In this document: piece after piece, positions 10,857-21,036 of the stretch | Position numbering within the stretch: position 1 is the first letter of the stretch | How the letters are laid out: each line of letters begins with the position of its first letter | Assembly: GCA_963828165.1 (NCBI GenBank) | Contig: CAWHDR010000001.1 | Coordinates: 1,152,001-1,216,000, forward strand | Direction of reading: 5' to 3' | DNA length: 64,000 bases | Source: an uncultured Chloroflexia bacterium | Lineage (GTDB): Bacteria; Chloroflexota; Limnocylindria; Limnocylindrales; CSP1-4 | Program-made: the position numbers and the translations under genes | Notes under the pieces: generated by a model | What the model was told of the DNA's origin: nothing | What the model saw: only the letters and a program-made list of their open reading frames with translations | Database searches by the model: none

Positions 10857-11260
10857 CGCACACCTCCGACCTCGGTCCATCTGAATCGGATCGAGTCCTC
10901 GACCGTCGCGCGACGGCGCAGGCGCAGACGCCCCGATCGAACGATTTGTCCGAGCGCCGGATCCTTTCCGGCAAAGATTGTCACACTGTACCCACCTCGG
11001 TGGACACATTGGTATCCGTGGGCACGAAATGAGTAGCCTCAGGGTCTTGTGGTCAACCGCGCAGATTCGCCTAAGGCATGCACGGCGAAGACACCGGACT
11101 GAGAGGATTCACGGCTGGCTCGAACGCCTAATTCGGGCTCTGGGGTCCCAGCCTCACGATCATGGCTAGGCGGCGACATAGCTGCCAATGATTCGGTGGG
11201 AGGCATACAAACCGGTCGGAAGCACACCGCCGCCTGATCGATTTGACGACGGAGCCGTGA

Positions 11261-11310
11261 TGTGGGCAGTTTGCGGTGTGGTGTGGACAATCTTGTTGAC
11301 TTTGGATACC
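11261..11310. promoter_or_regulatory. Triple operator boxes TGTGGGCA (11261), TGTGGACA (11282) and TGGATACC (11303), each 21 bp apart
   Basis: Between the divergent GntR and ABC operon; a TTGAC -35-like hexamer sits between boxes 2 and 3. Confidence 0.7.
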
Positions 11311-11377
11311 CACTTAGTCCAGACTCGGCGAGATCGGACCCAGACTTCCTGCAAGTCGGGCGCTGGAGGAGAGCACG

Positions 11378-12442
11378 ATGAGATTGCTACGCGCGGGCAT
11401 TTCAGTGGTGGTCTGTCTTGCACTGGCTGCCTGTGTGGCGCCTGCCGCTTCCACCCCGGCCAGCGTCCCGCCCACACCGTCGACCGGGGGCGCGCAACCA
11501 AGTGCTGTTGGGTCGCAGGCGTCGACAGATGCGACCAAGACAATTTACGGGTACACCTCCAGCCCTTCGATGGACTCCCTTCCCTACCTTGTAGCGATCA
11601 AGAACATGGTTGCGGCTGGCTATGACATCAGCACCCAGCAGCTCGCCAGCAACGACCTCGGACTTGCGGCGCTGGCCACGAATCAGATCCAGATGTGGGG
11701 CACCGGGCCAGTCGAGTGGTCGCGCGTGGTCGGGCAGGCACCGATCAAGCTCATAACGGCTCGAGCCAACAATGGCTGGCAGTTGATCTCTACCGCAGAC
11801 ATCACGGAATGCAGTCAACTCGATGGTAAGAAGGTTGGCCTATTCAACCTCACCGGTATCAGCACTGCCTACCCGATGGCCTACTTCGAGCAGAACTGCC
11901 CGGACATGAAGCCAGAAATCGTGCTCATCCCGGATTCCGGGCTCCGCGCCCAGGCCATGGCGGCCGACGAGCTGGTTGCGACACCGCTACAGGCCGATGA
12001 TGCGGTCAAGCTGTTGAACCAGTATCCGGGAAAATTCAAGGTGCTTGCGAATTTCTCGGAGGACCTCGCCGAGATCGGACGCGACTACGTCGGCACGAAC
12101 TCAACGATGCTCGACGAGCACGCGCCCATCCTTCGAGAGTTCATCAAGCAGCATCTGCTGACGATCCGATCATTCTACGAGGACCCAGCCGTTGCGGTCG
12201 CCGCGGCGAAAGAGCATCTTGAAGTCGGAGACGACGCGGAGCTCGTCACGAATTTCTTCATCGACCAGAAGTTGTGGTGCGCCAACGGCGGCCTCGAGGA
12301 TAGCAATCTGGCCTCAACGCTGACGTACTTCGGCGAGTTCGGGCTGATCACCCCAGGCCTGAGTGCTGCCAACTTCCTTGCGCCCGGGCCGCTGACGGAC
12401 GTTCTGGCCGAGATTGACCGGTCCGACGCGACGGAGTGTTAG
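11378..12442 (+). CDS. ABC transporter substrate-binding lipoprotein, NitT/TauT (SsuA-like) family
   Basis: LAAC lipobox, P/S/T linker, LDGKKVG motif; followed by permease and ATPase genes. Confidence 0.82.
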   Translation: MRLLRAGISVVVCLALAACVAPAASTPASVPPTPSTGGAQPSAVGSQASTDATKTIYGYTSSPSMDSLPYLVAIKNMVAAGYDISTQQLASNDLGLAALATNQIQMWGTGPVEWSRVVGQAPIKLITARANNGWQLISTADITECSQLDGKKVGLFNLTGISTAYPMAYFEQNCPDMKPEIVLIPDSGLRAQAMAADELVATPLQADDAVKLLNQYPGKFKVLANFSEDLAEIGRDYVGTNSTMLDEHAPILREFIKQHLLTIRSFYEDPAVAVAAAKEHLEVGDDAELVTNFFIDQKLWCANGGLEDSNLASTLTYFGEFGLITPGLSAANFLAPGPLTDVLAEIDRSDATEC

Positions 12443-12477
12443 GCCAGAACCCTCCAAGCGACGACAGAGTCACGTAA

Positions 12478-13347
12478 GTGTCCGGCATCACGCGAGCAGA
12501 TCGGTTGGGAGGACAGGGCCCGATCTCCGATACGGAGATCCTCCGGTCCCGCGTCGCCACAGCGGTCGCGCAACGAGAGCGTCGACGGCAGACTTGGGGC
12601 ATCCTCCTGCCAATCGTCCCGCTCGTGGCCTTCGCGATCGTTTGGCAAGTTTATGCCGAGCAGGCGAACAGCCTTGTCTTACCCACCTTTACGGAATTCG
12701 TAGCGGCATTCGCCGATCTGCTGGTTACCTCAGAATTCTGGGAGGCCATGCTGATCAGCAATCAAGCGCTGATTGTCGGCTACCTGCTCGCGGTAGCGGT
12801 CGGTGTCCCGATAGGCCTTGCGATGGGACGAGCCGCGCGAGTCCGCAATGTTGTCGATCCTTACATCAACCTGATTCTCATCATTCCGATGGCCGTGCTT
12901 ATGCCGGTCATCCTCATCGCTCTGGGCATCAACTTCTCGTCGCGAGTCGTTGTTATCTTCGTCTTTGCCCTCCCGTTCATCGTTGTGCCGTGCCTCGCGG
13001 GCGTACGAATCATTGAGCGGCACCTACTGGATATGAGCCGCACATTCGGCTCGAACGAGCGGCAGCTCTGGCGATACATCCTGGTGCCTGGAGCATTGCC
13101 AGCCATCTTGAGCGGGCTTCGCCAAGGCCTCGCCCACGCGTTGACCGGGATGGTGGTCGTCGAGCTAACACTCATGGCCGTTGGTGTCGGGCAGCTTCTG
13201 CAGACCTACGGCTCCAACCTGCAGTACGACTACGTGTTCGCAATCGTGTTTGCGATCATTCTCGAGTCCGTCATCGGCGTGAGCATCCTTCGCTCACTCG
13301 AACGGCGAGCGGAGCGGGGGCGGCGCGCAATGGTGCCCGTCGGTTGA
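12478..13347 (+). CDS. ABC transporter permease (SsuC/TauC-like)
   Basis: GVPIGLAMG, FGSNERQLWRYILVPGALPAILSGLR. Confidence 0.88.
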   Translation: MSGITRADRLGGQGPISDTEILRSRVATAVAQRERRRQTWGILLPIVPLVAFAIVWQVYAEQANSLVLPTFTEFVAAFADLLVTSEFWEAMLISNQALIVGYLLAVAVGVPIGLAMGRAARVRNVVDPYINLILIIPMAVLMPVILIALGINFSSRVVVIFVFALPFIVVPCLAGVRIIERHLLDMSRTFGSNERQLWRYILVPGALPAILSGLRQGLAHALTGMVVVELTLMAVGVGQLLQTYGSNLQYDYVFAIVFAIILESVIGVSILRSLERRAERGRRAMVPVG

Positions 13348-14177
13348 TAGAGGTGGGCATGCAGACGGAAAGCGGGCACGTTAGGACGATCAACGGGGTG
13401 GGAAATGAACATCTCGGTATCGAACTTCGCGGCATCACGAAGCTGTTCAGGCGCCGAACGGCCGGTGGGGGCTCGGACATCTTCGCCGCCCTCGAGCACG
13501 TCGATCTGGCAATCGCCGAGTCGCAGTTCGTCAGCATCATCGGACCGAGTGGCTGCGGCAAGACCACGTTATTGCGCATCGTTGCAGGTCTGGAATATCC
13601 CCAAGCTGGCGAGGCCGTCGTGGGCGGCCGTCCCGTCCAGGGGCCGAGCCCCGAACGGGCGATGGTCTTTCAGCACTTTGCGCTTCTTCCGTGGGCAAAC
13701 GCGCTCGAAAACGTCGCGTTCGGGCTCAAGGTCGCCGGCGTCGGCAAGAAGGAGCGGGAGGAGCGGGCTCGCCATTTCGTTCAGTTGGTGGGCCTGAGCG
13801 GTTTCGAGCATGCCGCTCCTCGCGAGCTTTCGGGCGGGATGCAGCAGCGTGTCGGACTTGCGCGCGCCCTCGCAGTCGATCCAGCATTCCTGCTCCTCGA
13901 CGAGCCATTTGGCGCCTTGGATGAGATCACCCGGCGGGTCATGCAGAACGAGCTAATCACGATTTGGGAGAAGAATCAGAAGACCGCACTCTTTGTCACG
14001 CACAGCGTCGACGAGGCCGTCTTCCTATCCGATCGGATCATCGTGATGAAGTCGGGCCCGGGTCGGATCGTGGACGACATCAAGGTCGACCTGCCGCGGC
14101 CCCGCGTCCGGGATGTCGAGCAGAGCGAGGAGTTCATCGCGATCAGGGCGCACATCTGGAATACGCTCGGGCTGTGA
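13344..14177 (+). CDS. ABC transporter ATP-binding protein (SsuB/TauB-like)
   Basis: Walker A GPSGCGKT, LSGGMQQR, LLLDEPFGALD, VTHS. Confidence 0.93.
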   Translation: MIEVGMQTESGHVRTINGVGNEHLGIELRGITKLFRRRTAGGGSDIFAALEHVDLAIAESQFVSIIGPSGCGKTTLLRIVAGLEYPQAGEAVVGGRPVQGPSPERAMVFQHFALLPWANALENVAFGLKVAGVGKKEREERARHFVQLVGLSGFEHAAPRELSGGMQQRVGLARALAVDPAFLLLDEPFGALDEITRRVMQNELITIWEKNQKTALFVTHSVDEAVFLSDRIIVMKSGPGRIVDDIKVDLPRPRVRDVEQSEEFIAIRAHIWNTLGL

Positions 14178-14971
14178 TCAAGTCATCGCGATCGGCAACG
14201 TTCACTCGTCCACTGCCGCGCCCAGGGTACCCGACGTTGGCAGTGCAGGGGGTGTCCCTGCTGGCGGGCCTCATTGTCTGGGAAGTCGTCTTCGGCTACC
14301 TGCTTGACGTCAAGTTCCTGCCGCCGATCAGCGTCGTCCTGACTCGATGGGCTGAGATCTGGTCGAGCGGGGTCCTGCCGCAGGCGGTGGCTGACAGCGT
14401 CGTCGCGCTGATCCTCGGCTACGTGGTCTCGGTCGTCACCGGTGTCGCCCTGGGTGCTGCTATGGCGCAGTCGGAGAAGTTGAGCCAGATGTTCAGCGGC
14501 TACGTCTCGGCCATGATCGTGTCACCGGGCATCGTACTCGGGCCGATCTTGTTCATCCTGTTTGGCCTTGGGTCCGGCACGCTGATCGCGATCATCGTTG
14601 TCTTCGCGTTCCCGTTCATCGTGCTGAACACGATCACCGCCTTTACGGAGGTTCCGAGAGATACAAGAGAGATGGCGCGCATGTTCGGCGCCAATCGACT
14701 ACAGGTGTTCTTCCTGGTCTCGCTGCGCGCAGCGATGCCGCTGCTGACAGCTGGGCTACGGATCGGAATGGGTCGAGCCATCAAGGGGATGTTTGTCGGG
14801 CAGCTCGTGGTAACCGTCGTCGGCCTCGGGTACCTCGGCCTCCTCTATCAAGGATCGTTCGACGCCGCAGGATCCCTAGCGATCGGCTTCACGATCGTCG
14901 TGATCTCGGTGTTCGGCCTCGGCTTCGTCCTAGCCCTTGACAAGAAGGTCAACTGGTGGGCCGGTCACTAG
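14174..14971 (+). CDS. Second ABC transporter permease
   Basis: Hydrophobic; EMARMFGANRLQVF...AAMPLLTAGLRIG. Confidence 0.85.
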   Translation: MIKSSRSATFTRPLPRPGYPTLAVQGVSLLAGLIVWEVVFGYLLDVKFLPPISVVLTRWAEIWSSGVLPQAVADSVVALILGYVVSVVTGVALGAAMAQSEKLSQMFSGYVSAMIVSPGIVLGPILFILFGLGSGTLIAIIVVFAFPFIVLNTITAFTEVPRDTREMARMFGANRLQVFFLVSLRAAMPLLTAGLRIGMGRAIKGMFVGQLVVTVVGLGYLGLLYQGSFDAAGSLAIGFTIVVISVFGLGFVLALDKKVNWWAGH

Positions 14972-15698
14972 CAACTAGCGCCCCGAGCTTCACCGCCCTG
15001 AAATCGATGCCCAGCGTCCTGTAAGTCGCCCACATCTCAGCGACAGGGCCAAATACGACCGGAATGCCGAGGTCAGCCTCCAGCGCGACGATCGCGGATT
15101 CGGCGTCCCATCCAGCGCCATGGATGTACAGCGCATCGCAAGGAGCCTTGTTGGCCGCATCCCGCCCGTGGCGATAGACCTCCTGCCACGAGATCCTTTC
15201 GACATCGCGAAGTGACACTGCATAGAGTTCCTCGGTCGACTGTCCCGCGATCGGGTCCACGGCTGCCGTCATGCCGAACTCCGCGAGGTAGCGCACGAGG
15301 GCGTCGTTCAACTCCTCCTTGTAGTAGCTGATGACCGTCACTCGGCTCGCGCCGAGATGGGCCAGCGCCTCCGCATGCGCCGCCAGTGGTGGGATGACAG
15401 CCACGCCGGTGCGTTGGGCAAGCGCGGTGGCCCAGTCGGCTTCGAATTCACGGCCTCGCAGCAGGAAGGGCGGTCCCCCGCTCACGCAGAGCAGGTCGAC
15501 GCCGACTGCACAGAGCTCGTCTGCCAAGGTGTCGATTCTAGCGAACCCGTGCTCGAACGCGGCCGCGTCGCCTTTGGCGTAGCCGATATGCGTGGGTAGA
15601 ATCTCCACGCCGTCGGGAGCATTGCGGTACCAAGGCGCGAACGACTTTCCCCGCAACGTCGGCTTGATCAGTCCGATTCGGGCGCGCCAACCGTACAT
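14949..15698 (-). CDS. Maleate isomerase/arylmalonate decarboxylase (Asp/Glu racemase) family protein lacking canonical cysteines
   Basis: MYGWRARIGLI, ALAHLGASRV..ISYY, DALYI, LEADLGIPVV. Confidence 0.75.
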   Translation of the reverse strand: MYGWRARIGLIKPTLRGKSFAPWYRNAPDGVEILPTHIGYAKGDAAAFEHGFARIDTLADELCAVGVDLLCVSGGPPFLLRGREFEADWATALAQRTGVAVIPPLAAHAEALAHLGASRVTVISYYKEELNDALVRYLAEFGMTAAVDPIAGQSTEELYAVSLRDVERISWQEVYRHGRDAANKAPCDALYIHGAGWDAESAIVALEADLGIPVVFGPVAEMWATYRTLGIDFRAVKLGALVASDRPTS

Positions 15699-15732
15699 TC
15701 TGCTCCTTGAGGACGGGGGAAGATGGCCGTCC

Positions 15733-15761
15733 TGTAAACATTAACGACAATCTTGTCCGCA
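15733..15761. promoter_or_regulatory. Paired operator boxes TGTAAACA (15733) and TGTCCGCA (15754), 21 bp apart
   Basis: Upstream of the 14949..15698 gene. Confidence 0.65.
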
Positions 15762-15815
15762 TACGAACTGCCCGTCGCGCGGCCGGCCCAGCCTGCCCGG
15801 CCGGCGGCGATGCCG

Positions 15816-16610
15816 TCAGGGATGGTCGGTCGAACGAGGCTCGAGGCCTCGATCCGAGACACCTCGCGCCGCGACCATCACCTCGGTCGCAAGGCGGATG
15901 AGCGTTGCCTGCTGCCCGATCCGACGCACCGGCCCGCTGACGCCGATCGCCCCGATTGCTTCCGAATGCTCTCCGAAGACGGGGGCCGCCACCCCGGCCG
16001 TATCCAAACTCCAGCCGCGGATGTTGATCGCGAAACCACGTCGCCGAATCGCCTCGAGGGTCCGAGCGAACGCCACCCGCTCGACTATGGTGCGGCGCGT
16101 AAGCGGCTCAAGCCCTTGCGCCACGACTGCCTCCGCGGCCTCCGGGACGTAGGCCAGGATTGCCTGGCCGACCGCGGTGGCGTGCGACGGCAATCGCGAG
16201 CCGATCGGATGGCGCACGATGATCGGGCTAGACCCATCGACGTGATCGATCGCGACGACGTCGAACCCATCGAGGACTGCCAGGTGCGCGGTCTCCCCTG
16301 TGCGATCGGCAAGGTCCGCGAGCACTGGATGGGCGACCTCGCGCAGGCGCATGGGAACTGCCAGCGGGTTTCCGATGAGGTGGAGCAGCGCGGGTCCGCG
16401 GCGGTAGAGCCGGGTGGGCGTCTGCAAGGCAAAGCCATGGGTCACGAGCGTCGCGAGCATCCGGTGGGCCATGCTCGGCGCTATTCCCAAGCGCCGAGAG
16501 ATGTCCGTGACGCGCAACGGTTGCCGGGCCTGCGCGAGGATCGTCAGGAGCGAGAGGGCTCGCCCCACCGTCTGCAGTTCCCCGCTTTGGAGTGGCCCCT
16601 GTCTCTCCAT
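15816..16610 (-). CDS. IclR-family transcriptional regulator
   Basis: QTVGRALSLL, SMAHRMLATLV..GF, TGETAHLA, HATAVGQAILA, IRRRGFA, GVAAPV, GVSGP. Confidence 0.9.
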   Translation of the reverse strand: MERQGPLQSGELQTVGRALSLLTILAQARQPLRVTDISRRLGIAPSMAHRMLATLVTHGFALQTPTRLYRRGPALLHLIGNPLAVPMRLREVAHPVLADLADRTGETAHLAVLDGFDVVAIDHVDGSSPIIVRHPIGSRLPSHATAVGQAILAYVPEAAEAVVAQGLEPLTRRTIVERVAFARTLEAIRRRGFAINIRGWSLDTAGVAAPVFGEHSEAIGAIGVSGPVRRIGQQATLIRLATEVMVAARGVSDRGLEPRSTDHP

Positions 16611-16613
16611 GGC

Positions 16614-16630
16614 ATTCCCCTCAGAGGAAT
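16614..16630. promoter_or_regulatory. Palindrome ATTCC-N7-GGAAT, candidate IclR operator
   Basis: ATTCCCCTCAGAGGAAT in the 60-bp gap between divergent iclR and the hydantoinase-A gene, next to a TTGACG -35-like hexamer. Confidence 0.55.
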
Positions 16631-16670
16631 TCTGTTGACGGACACGTGAACCCGCCCAAGACTGGAGCCG

Positions 16671-18803
16671 ATGAGCGAGGCGAGAGTCAGTTCCCAGGAG
16701 CGGAATGGCGTGACGCGCGGCGAACGGTACACCATCGGTGTCGATATCGGTGGGACGTTCACGGATGTCGTCGTCGTCGGCGTCGATGGACGCATCCACG
16801 GGGCCAAGGCGCCAACGACTCCTCAGGATTTCTCTATCGGTGTGATGGACGCGCTCGGTGCGGCCGCCGATACGCTCGGCATCAGTCGACTTGAATTGCT
16901 TCACGCGACCAATCTCGTGAAGCACGGAAGCACCGTCGCGACAAATGCGCTGATCACGAGAAGCGGTGTCACCGTCGGCCTGCTGACAACACGTGGGTTC
17001 GAAGACACGCCATCGATCATGCGCGCGGTCGGGCGCGTCGATGGACTTCCCGCGGAGGAGGTCCGACGGGTCACGATGATCACGAAGCCGGAGCCGCTCG
17101 TTCCCCCTGAGCTGGTTCGAGGGGTTTCCGAACGGATCGACGCGGCAGGCACCGTCGTCGTCCCGCTCGATCATGAGGAGGTGCGGACCGCCGCGACCGA
17201 TCTCATCGAGCGGCACGCGTGCGAGGCGCTAGCCATCAGCTTCCTCCACGCCTGGCGTAACCCTGTTCATGAGCGAGCCGCGCGAGACCTTGTCCAGGCC
17301 CTCTATCCCTCCAGATCAGTGTTCTGCAGTCTCGGGAGCGACCTGTCTCTCGTGGCGGGAGAGTATGCCCGCACCAACACCGCGATCGCCGACGCATTCG
17401 TGGGTCCCCAAGTCCGGAAATACCTGGACAACCTCGAGCGGCAGCTTCGCGGGGATGGTTTCGGCGGACGGATCCTGGTCATGAAGGGCAACGGCGGACT
17501 CAGCAGCCACGATGGAGCGAGTCCCATCTCGACGCTCCAGTCCGGTCCGGCTGGCGGGATGCTTGCGACCGCTTACATGACCGACCGATTGGATCATCCC
17601 CGCGTGATCACTGCGGACATGGGCGGTACCAGTTTCGATGTCGGGGTCATCGATGGTGGCTACTGGCGGTACGCCGATGAACCAGTGTTCGAGCGGTTCC
17701 GGATCCTGCAACCGATCGTCGACATCACCTCGATCGGGGCGGGTGGCGGAACGATCGCCCGGGTTGACAAGTCGACTGGCAGGCTGCTGGTGGGGCCGGA
17801 GAGCGCGGGCGCGCGACCAGGGCCTGTGTGCTATGGCCAGGGCGGAGAACACCCGACCGTGACTGACTGCGACCTAGTCCTCGGGTACCTTGACCCCGGC
17901 TTCTTCCTGGGCGGGCGTCGTCGGCTCGACCCCGGAAGCGCCCGGGCCGCGGTCGAGGAACTGCTCGCGCGACCACTCGGCCTGACCGTCGAGCACGCCG
18001 CGGCCGGCGTGGTCCGCATCGTCAACAGCAAGATGTCCGACCTCATCCGTCGTGAGGTGATTCGCAGTGGTGGGGTTCCCACCGAATTCACCCTGTATGC
18101 ATTCGGTGGTGCCAGTCCAGCGCACGCTGTCGGATATGCCCGAGACCTGGGCGTCCCCGAGATCGTGATCTTTCCCACGTCACCCGTGTTCTCCGCTTTC
18201 GGCATCGCCGTCGCCGACATCGTCCACACTCGGCTGGCGACCCGGTCGTACGCGCTGCCGGTGGACCCTGAGGTGCTGAATGAGGATCTCGCCTCCCTCG
18301 AGCTCGAGCTGGAGCGGCAACTAGAGGGATCGTCGATCGTGAGTCCCGTATTCAACCGATACGTGACGATGCAGTTCCGCCGTCAGACGAGCGGCGAGGA
18401 GATCGCCCTGCCGTGGGACCGGTTCACACCAGGGCGCGTCGATGAGCTGGTGCAGCTCTTCGTCTCGCACTACGAGCGCCAATACGGCGAGGGCGTCGCG
18501 TATACGGATGCCGGCGTCGACATCAGCGGCCTTCGGGTCGACGCCGTCGTCGCAGTCGCGAAACCGGAGCTCCCCGAGTTCAGCGGCGGCGGCGAGAATC
18601 CCCGAGGAGCGGTCAAGGGCCATCGGGAGGCCTGGTTCGATGATGGCTTCCTCCGTACCGCTATCTACGACTACGACCGGCTCGCGCCGGAGATGCGCCT
18701 GGTCGGTCCGGCGATCATCGAGTCCACGTCGACCACCACGGTCGTGCCACCGAAGGCCGAGGCACGGGTCGACCAGTACCGCAACCTTGTCGTGCGGCCA
18801 TGA
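16671..18803 (+). CDS. Hydantoinase/oxoprolinase A (acetone carboxylase beta-like) ATP-binding subunit
   Basis: GVDIGGTFTD, HGSTVATNALI, SGPAGG, DMGGTSFDV, IGAGGG, GPESAGA, FGGA, FSAFG, STTTVVPP. Confidence 0.92.
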   Translation: MSEARVSSQERNGVTRGERYTIGVDIGGTFTDVVVVGVDGRIHGAKAPTTPQDFSIGVMDALGAAADTLGISRLELLHATNLVKHGSTVATNALITRSGVTVGLLTTRGFEDTPSIMRAVGRVDGLPAEEVRRVTMITKPEPLVPPELVRGVSERIDAAGTVVVPLDHEEVRTAATDLIERHACEALAISFLHAWRNPVHERAARDLVQALYPSRSVFCSLGSDLSLVAGEYARTNTAIADAFVGPQVRKYLDNLERQLRGDGFGGRILVMKGNGGLSSHDGASPISTLQSGPAGGMLATAYMTDRLDHPRVITADMGGTSFDVGVIDGGYWRYADEPVFERFRILQPIVDITSIGAGGGTIARVDKSTGRLLVGPESAGARPGPVCYGQGGEHPTVTDCDLVLGYLDPGFFLGGRRRLDPGSARAAVEELLARPLGLTVEHAAAGVVRIVNSKMSDLIRREVIRSGGVPTEFTLYAFGGASPAHAVGYARDLGVPEIVIFPTSPVFSAFGIAVADIVHTRLATRSYALPVDPEVLNEDLASLELELERQLEGSSIVSPVFNRYVTMQFRRQTSGEEIALPWDRFTPGRVDELVQLFVSHYERQYGEGVAYTDAGVDISGLRVDAVVAVAKPELPEFSGGGENPRGAVKGHREAWFDDGFLRTAIYDYDRLAPEMRLVGPAIIESTSTTTVVPPKAEARVDQYRNLVVRP

Positions 18804-21036
18804 AGGACATCGCGCCCAGCGTCGATCCGATCGATTTTGAGATCTTCTCTCACCGACTCTGGGCCGTCGGCGAGGAGGGCCGAATCGCCCTCCAGCGTGT
18901 AACTGCGTCGCCCATCGTGGCCCAAGGGGGCGAGTGCATGTGTTCGTTCTATGACGCGGACGGCACCATGCTGCTGGCGTGCTCGGGTCACCTCCGGTTC
19001 GCTGCCGCGACCTCAGACGCGATACGGAAGATGATCGAGTGGTTCGAGGTCAGCCCGGGTATCCACGAAGGGGACGAATTCATCTTCAACGACCCGTACG
19101 TCGCCGGCTCGCATACCTACGACACGATGCAGATCGCGCCGGTCTTCTGGGAGGGGCGGCGCGTGGGCTGGGTCGCTTCGAGCTCGCACACCGCCGACAC
19201 CGGCGGCGTGCTACGCGGTGCCGCCACCGAAATCTTCCACGAGGGCATCCGCCTGCTGGGATTGAAGATCGTCGAGCGGGGTGAGTTCCGGCAGGACGTG
19301 TTCAAGACCATCGTGGAACAGTGCCGGGACCCGCATTACGTCGGCATGGACCTGAAATCGCGCACCGCTGCGAACACCGTCTGCAGCCGTGGCTTCCGCG
19401 CGCTGATCGAGCGATTCGGGATCGAATTCTTCGAGGCCGCCGGTCGCAAGCTCGTCAACGATGCCGAGGCCATGGCCCGGGCGAAACTGCGGTCGATTCC
19501 CAATGGCACATGGCGCAGTCGGATCTACGGATCCGCACGCGATCCGCAGACACGCGGCGTGCTCCCGTACCAGGTGGTTTGCGCAGCGACGAAGGTCGAC
19601 GACGAGCTAACACTCGACTTCACCGGGTCGAGTGAGCAGTTCGCGAGCGATCAGAACTCCACGCTGCCGAGCACCACGGCGCACGTCGCGATCGCCCTGA
19701 CCAACCAGATCTTCTGGGACGTGCCATGGAGCGACGGCAAGCTAAGGCCGGTCAGGATCATCGTCCCAGAAGGCTCCGCACTGCACTGCCGCTTTCCCGC
19801 CGCATGTGGCCGCTCGCCAAGGATCGGGCAGTACGTCGTCGAGGCGGTGCGCGAGTGCCTGGCGAAGATGCTCTACGCTGCCGGCAACCGCGAAGACATT
19901 AACGCTTCGTGGGGCGGCTTCTGGTACCTCGGCGGACCCGGATTTCTTCTACGGCGGCCACAACGCACGTGGGATCCCGAATCCCGCAGGGCCTGTACGA
20001 CATCCACGGCGGGGGTCTCGGGGCTGCGCCGGTCCGGGACGGGGTCAACACCGGGGGCCAGATGAACATCCCGTCGGGCGGGATCAGCGACGTCGAACTC
20101 GTGGAACTCCAGTACCCGTTCCTCTACCTCAGCCGCAACCACAACCCGGACAGTGGCGGCTTCGGCCGATGGAGTGGTGGGGCGGGGAGCGCTCGGCTCC
20201 TCGCCGTGCAGGGCTCGGCCGACCTGACGGCGGACTTCTCGCCGTACGCTGGCATGCCTCACGGGGCGTTCGGCCTGTTCGGTGGTTATCCCTCCGGGAC
20301 TGGCGGCCTTCGCGCCATCCTCGAGCCGACTCCCGAACGCGGAGGCGCGATCACGTCCGGGTCCTACCCGACAGACGCAGCCGAAGCAATCGAACGGGGG
20401 ATCGCGACCATGGTGGTCCCCATCGGCGGACCCGGCAGGGTGCCGGTAGCCGAGGGCAGCCTGCTCTCCGACTTCGTCCAGGGCGGCGGCGGCTTCGGCG
20501 ACCCGTTGGATCGTCCCGCGGAGATGGTCGCGACCGATGTTCGCCGGCGACTCGTGTCGGGCCGGACGGCCCGGCTCATCTATGGCGTCGTCGTCGACAA
20601 GTCCGGCGAGATCGACAAGGCATCGACCGAGCGCGAACGAGCATCGATCCGTACTGCGCGTCGCGCCGAATCGCGTCCGCCGCAGACCAGCGATACCGGC
20701 AACGCTGGGCCAGAGGGCGGCGGAACCCTCGAGTTCCACGCTTCCTTGGAGCTCGTCGGCGAGCCCGCAGCCGGTGGCGTCATCCGATGCTCCTGCGGCC
20801 ACGTGCTTTGCTCCGCAGGCGACAACTACAAGCACTTTGCATTGCGTCGCGACCGGCAGCTCAAGGATCTCTCCGATCGGCCGATGCCCGACGGAAGCGA
20901 GTACCTAGCCGTGCTCCGTGAATATGCATGTCCCGGATGCGCGCGACTCCTGCAGGTCGATGTCTGGTGCCCCACGCTGCCGGGGGACCCCGACCTGTGG
21001 GACATCCAACTAGGCTATGACGCCCAAACAAACTGA
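18800..21036 (+). CDS. Hydantoinase B/acetone carboxylase alpha-like subunit fused to a C-terminal AcxC (gamma)-like domain; two +1 frameshifts (about 19943 and 19984)
   Basis: DPIDFEIF, NDPY..GSHTYD, HTADTGG, EIFHEG, DFTG, GGGFGDPLDR, then RCSCGH and EYACPGC..LLQVD. Confidence 0.85.

Noticed and set aside
10978-11026. Additional operator boxes upstream of gntR (TGTACCCA 10987, GGTGGACA 10999)
   Set aside because: They resemble the motif but do not form a clean 21-bp pair, so they are not listed as a feature
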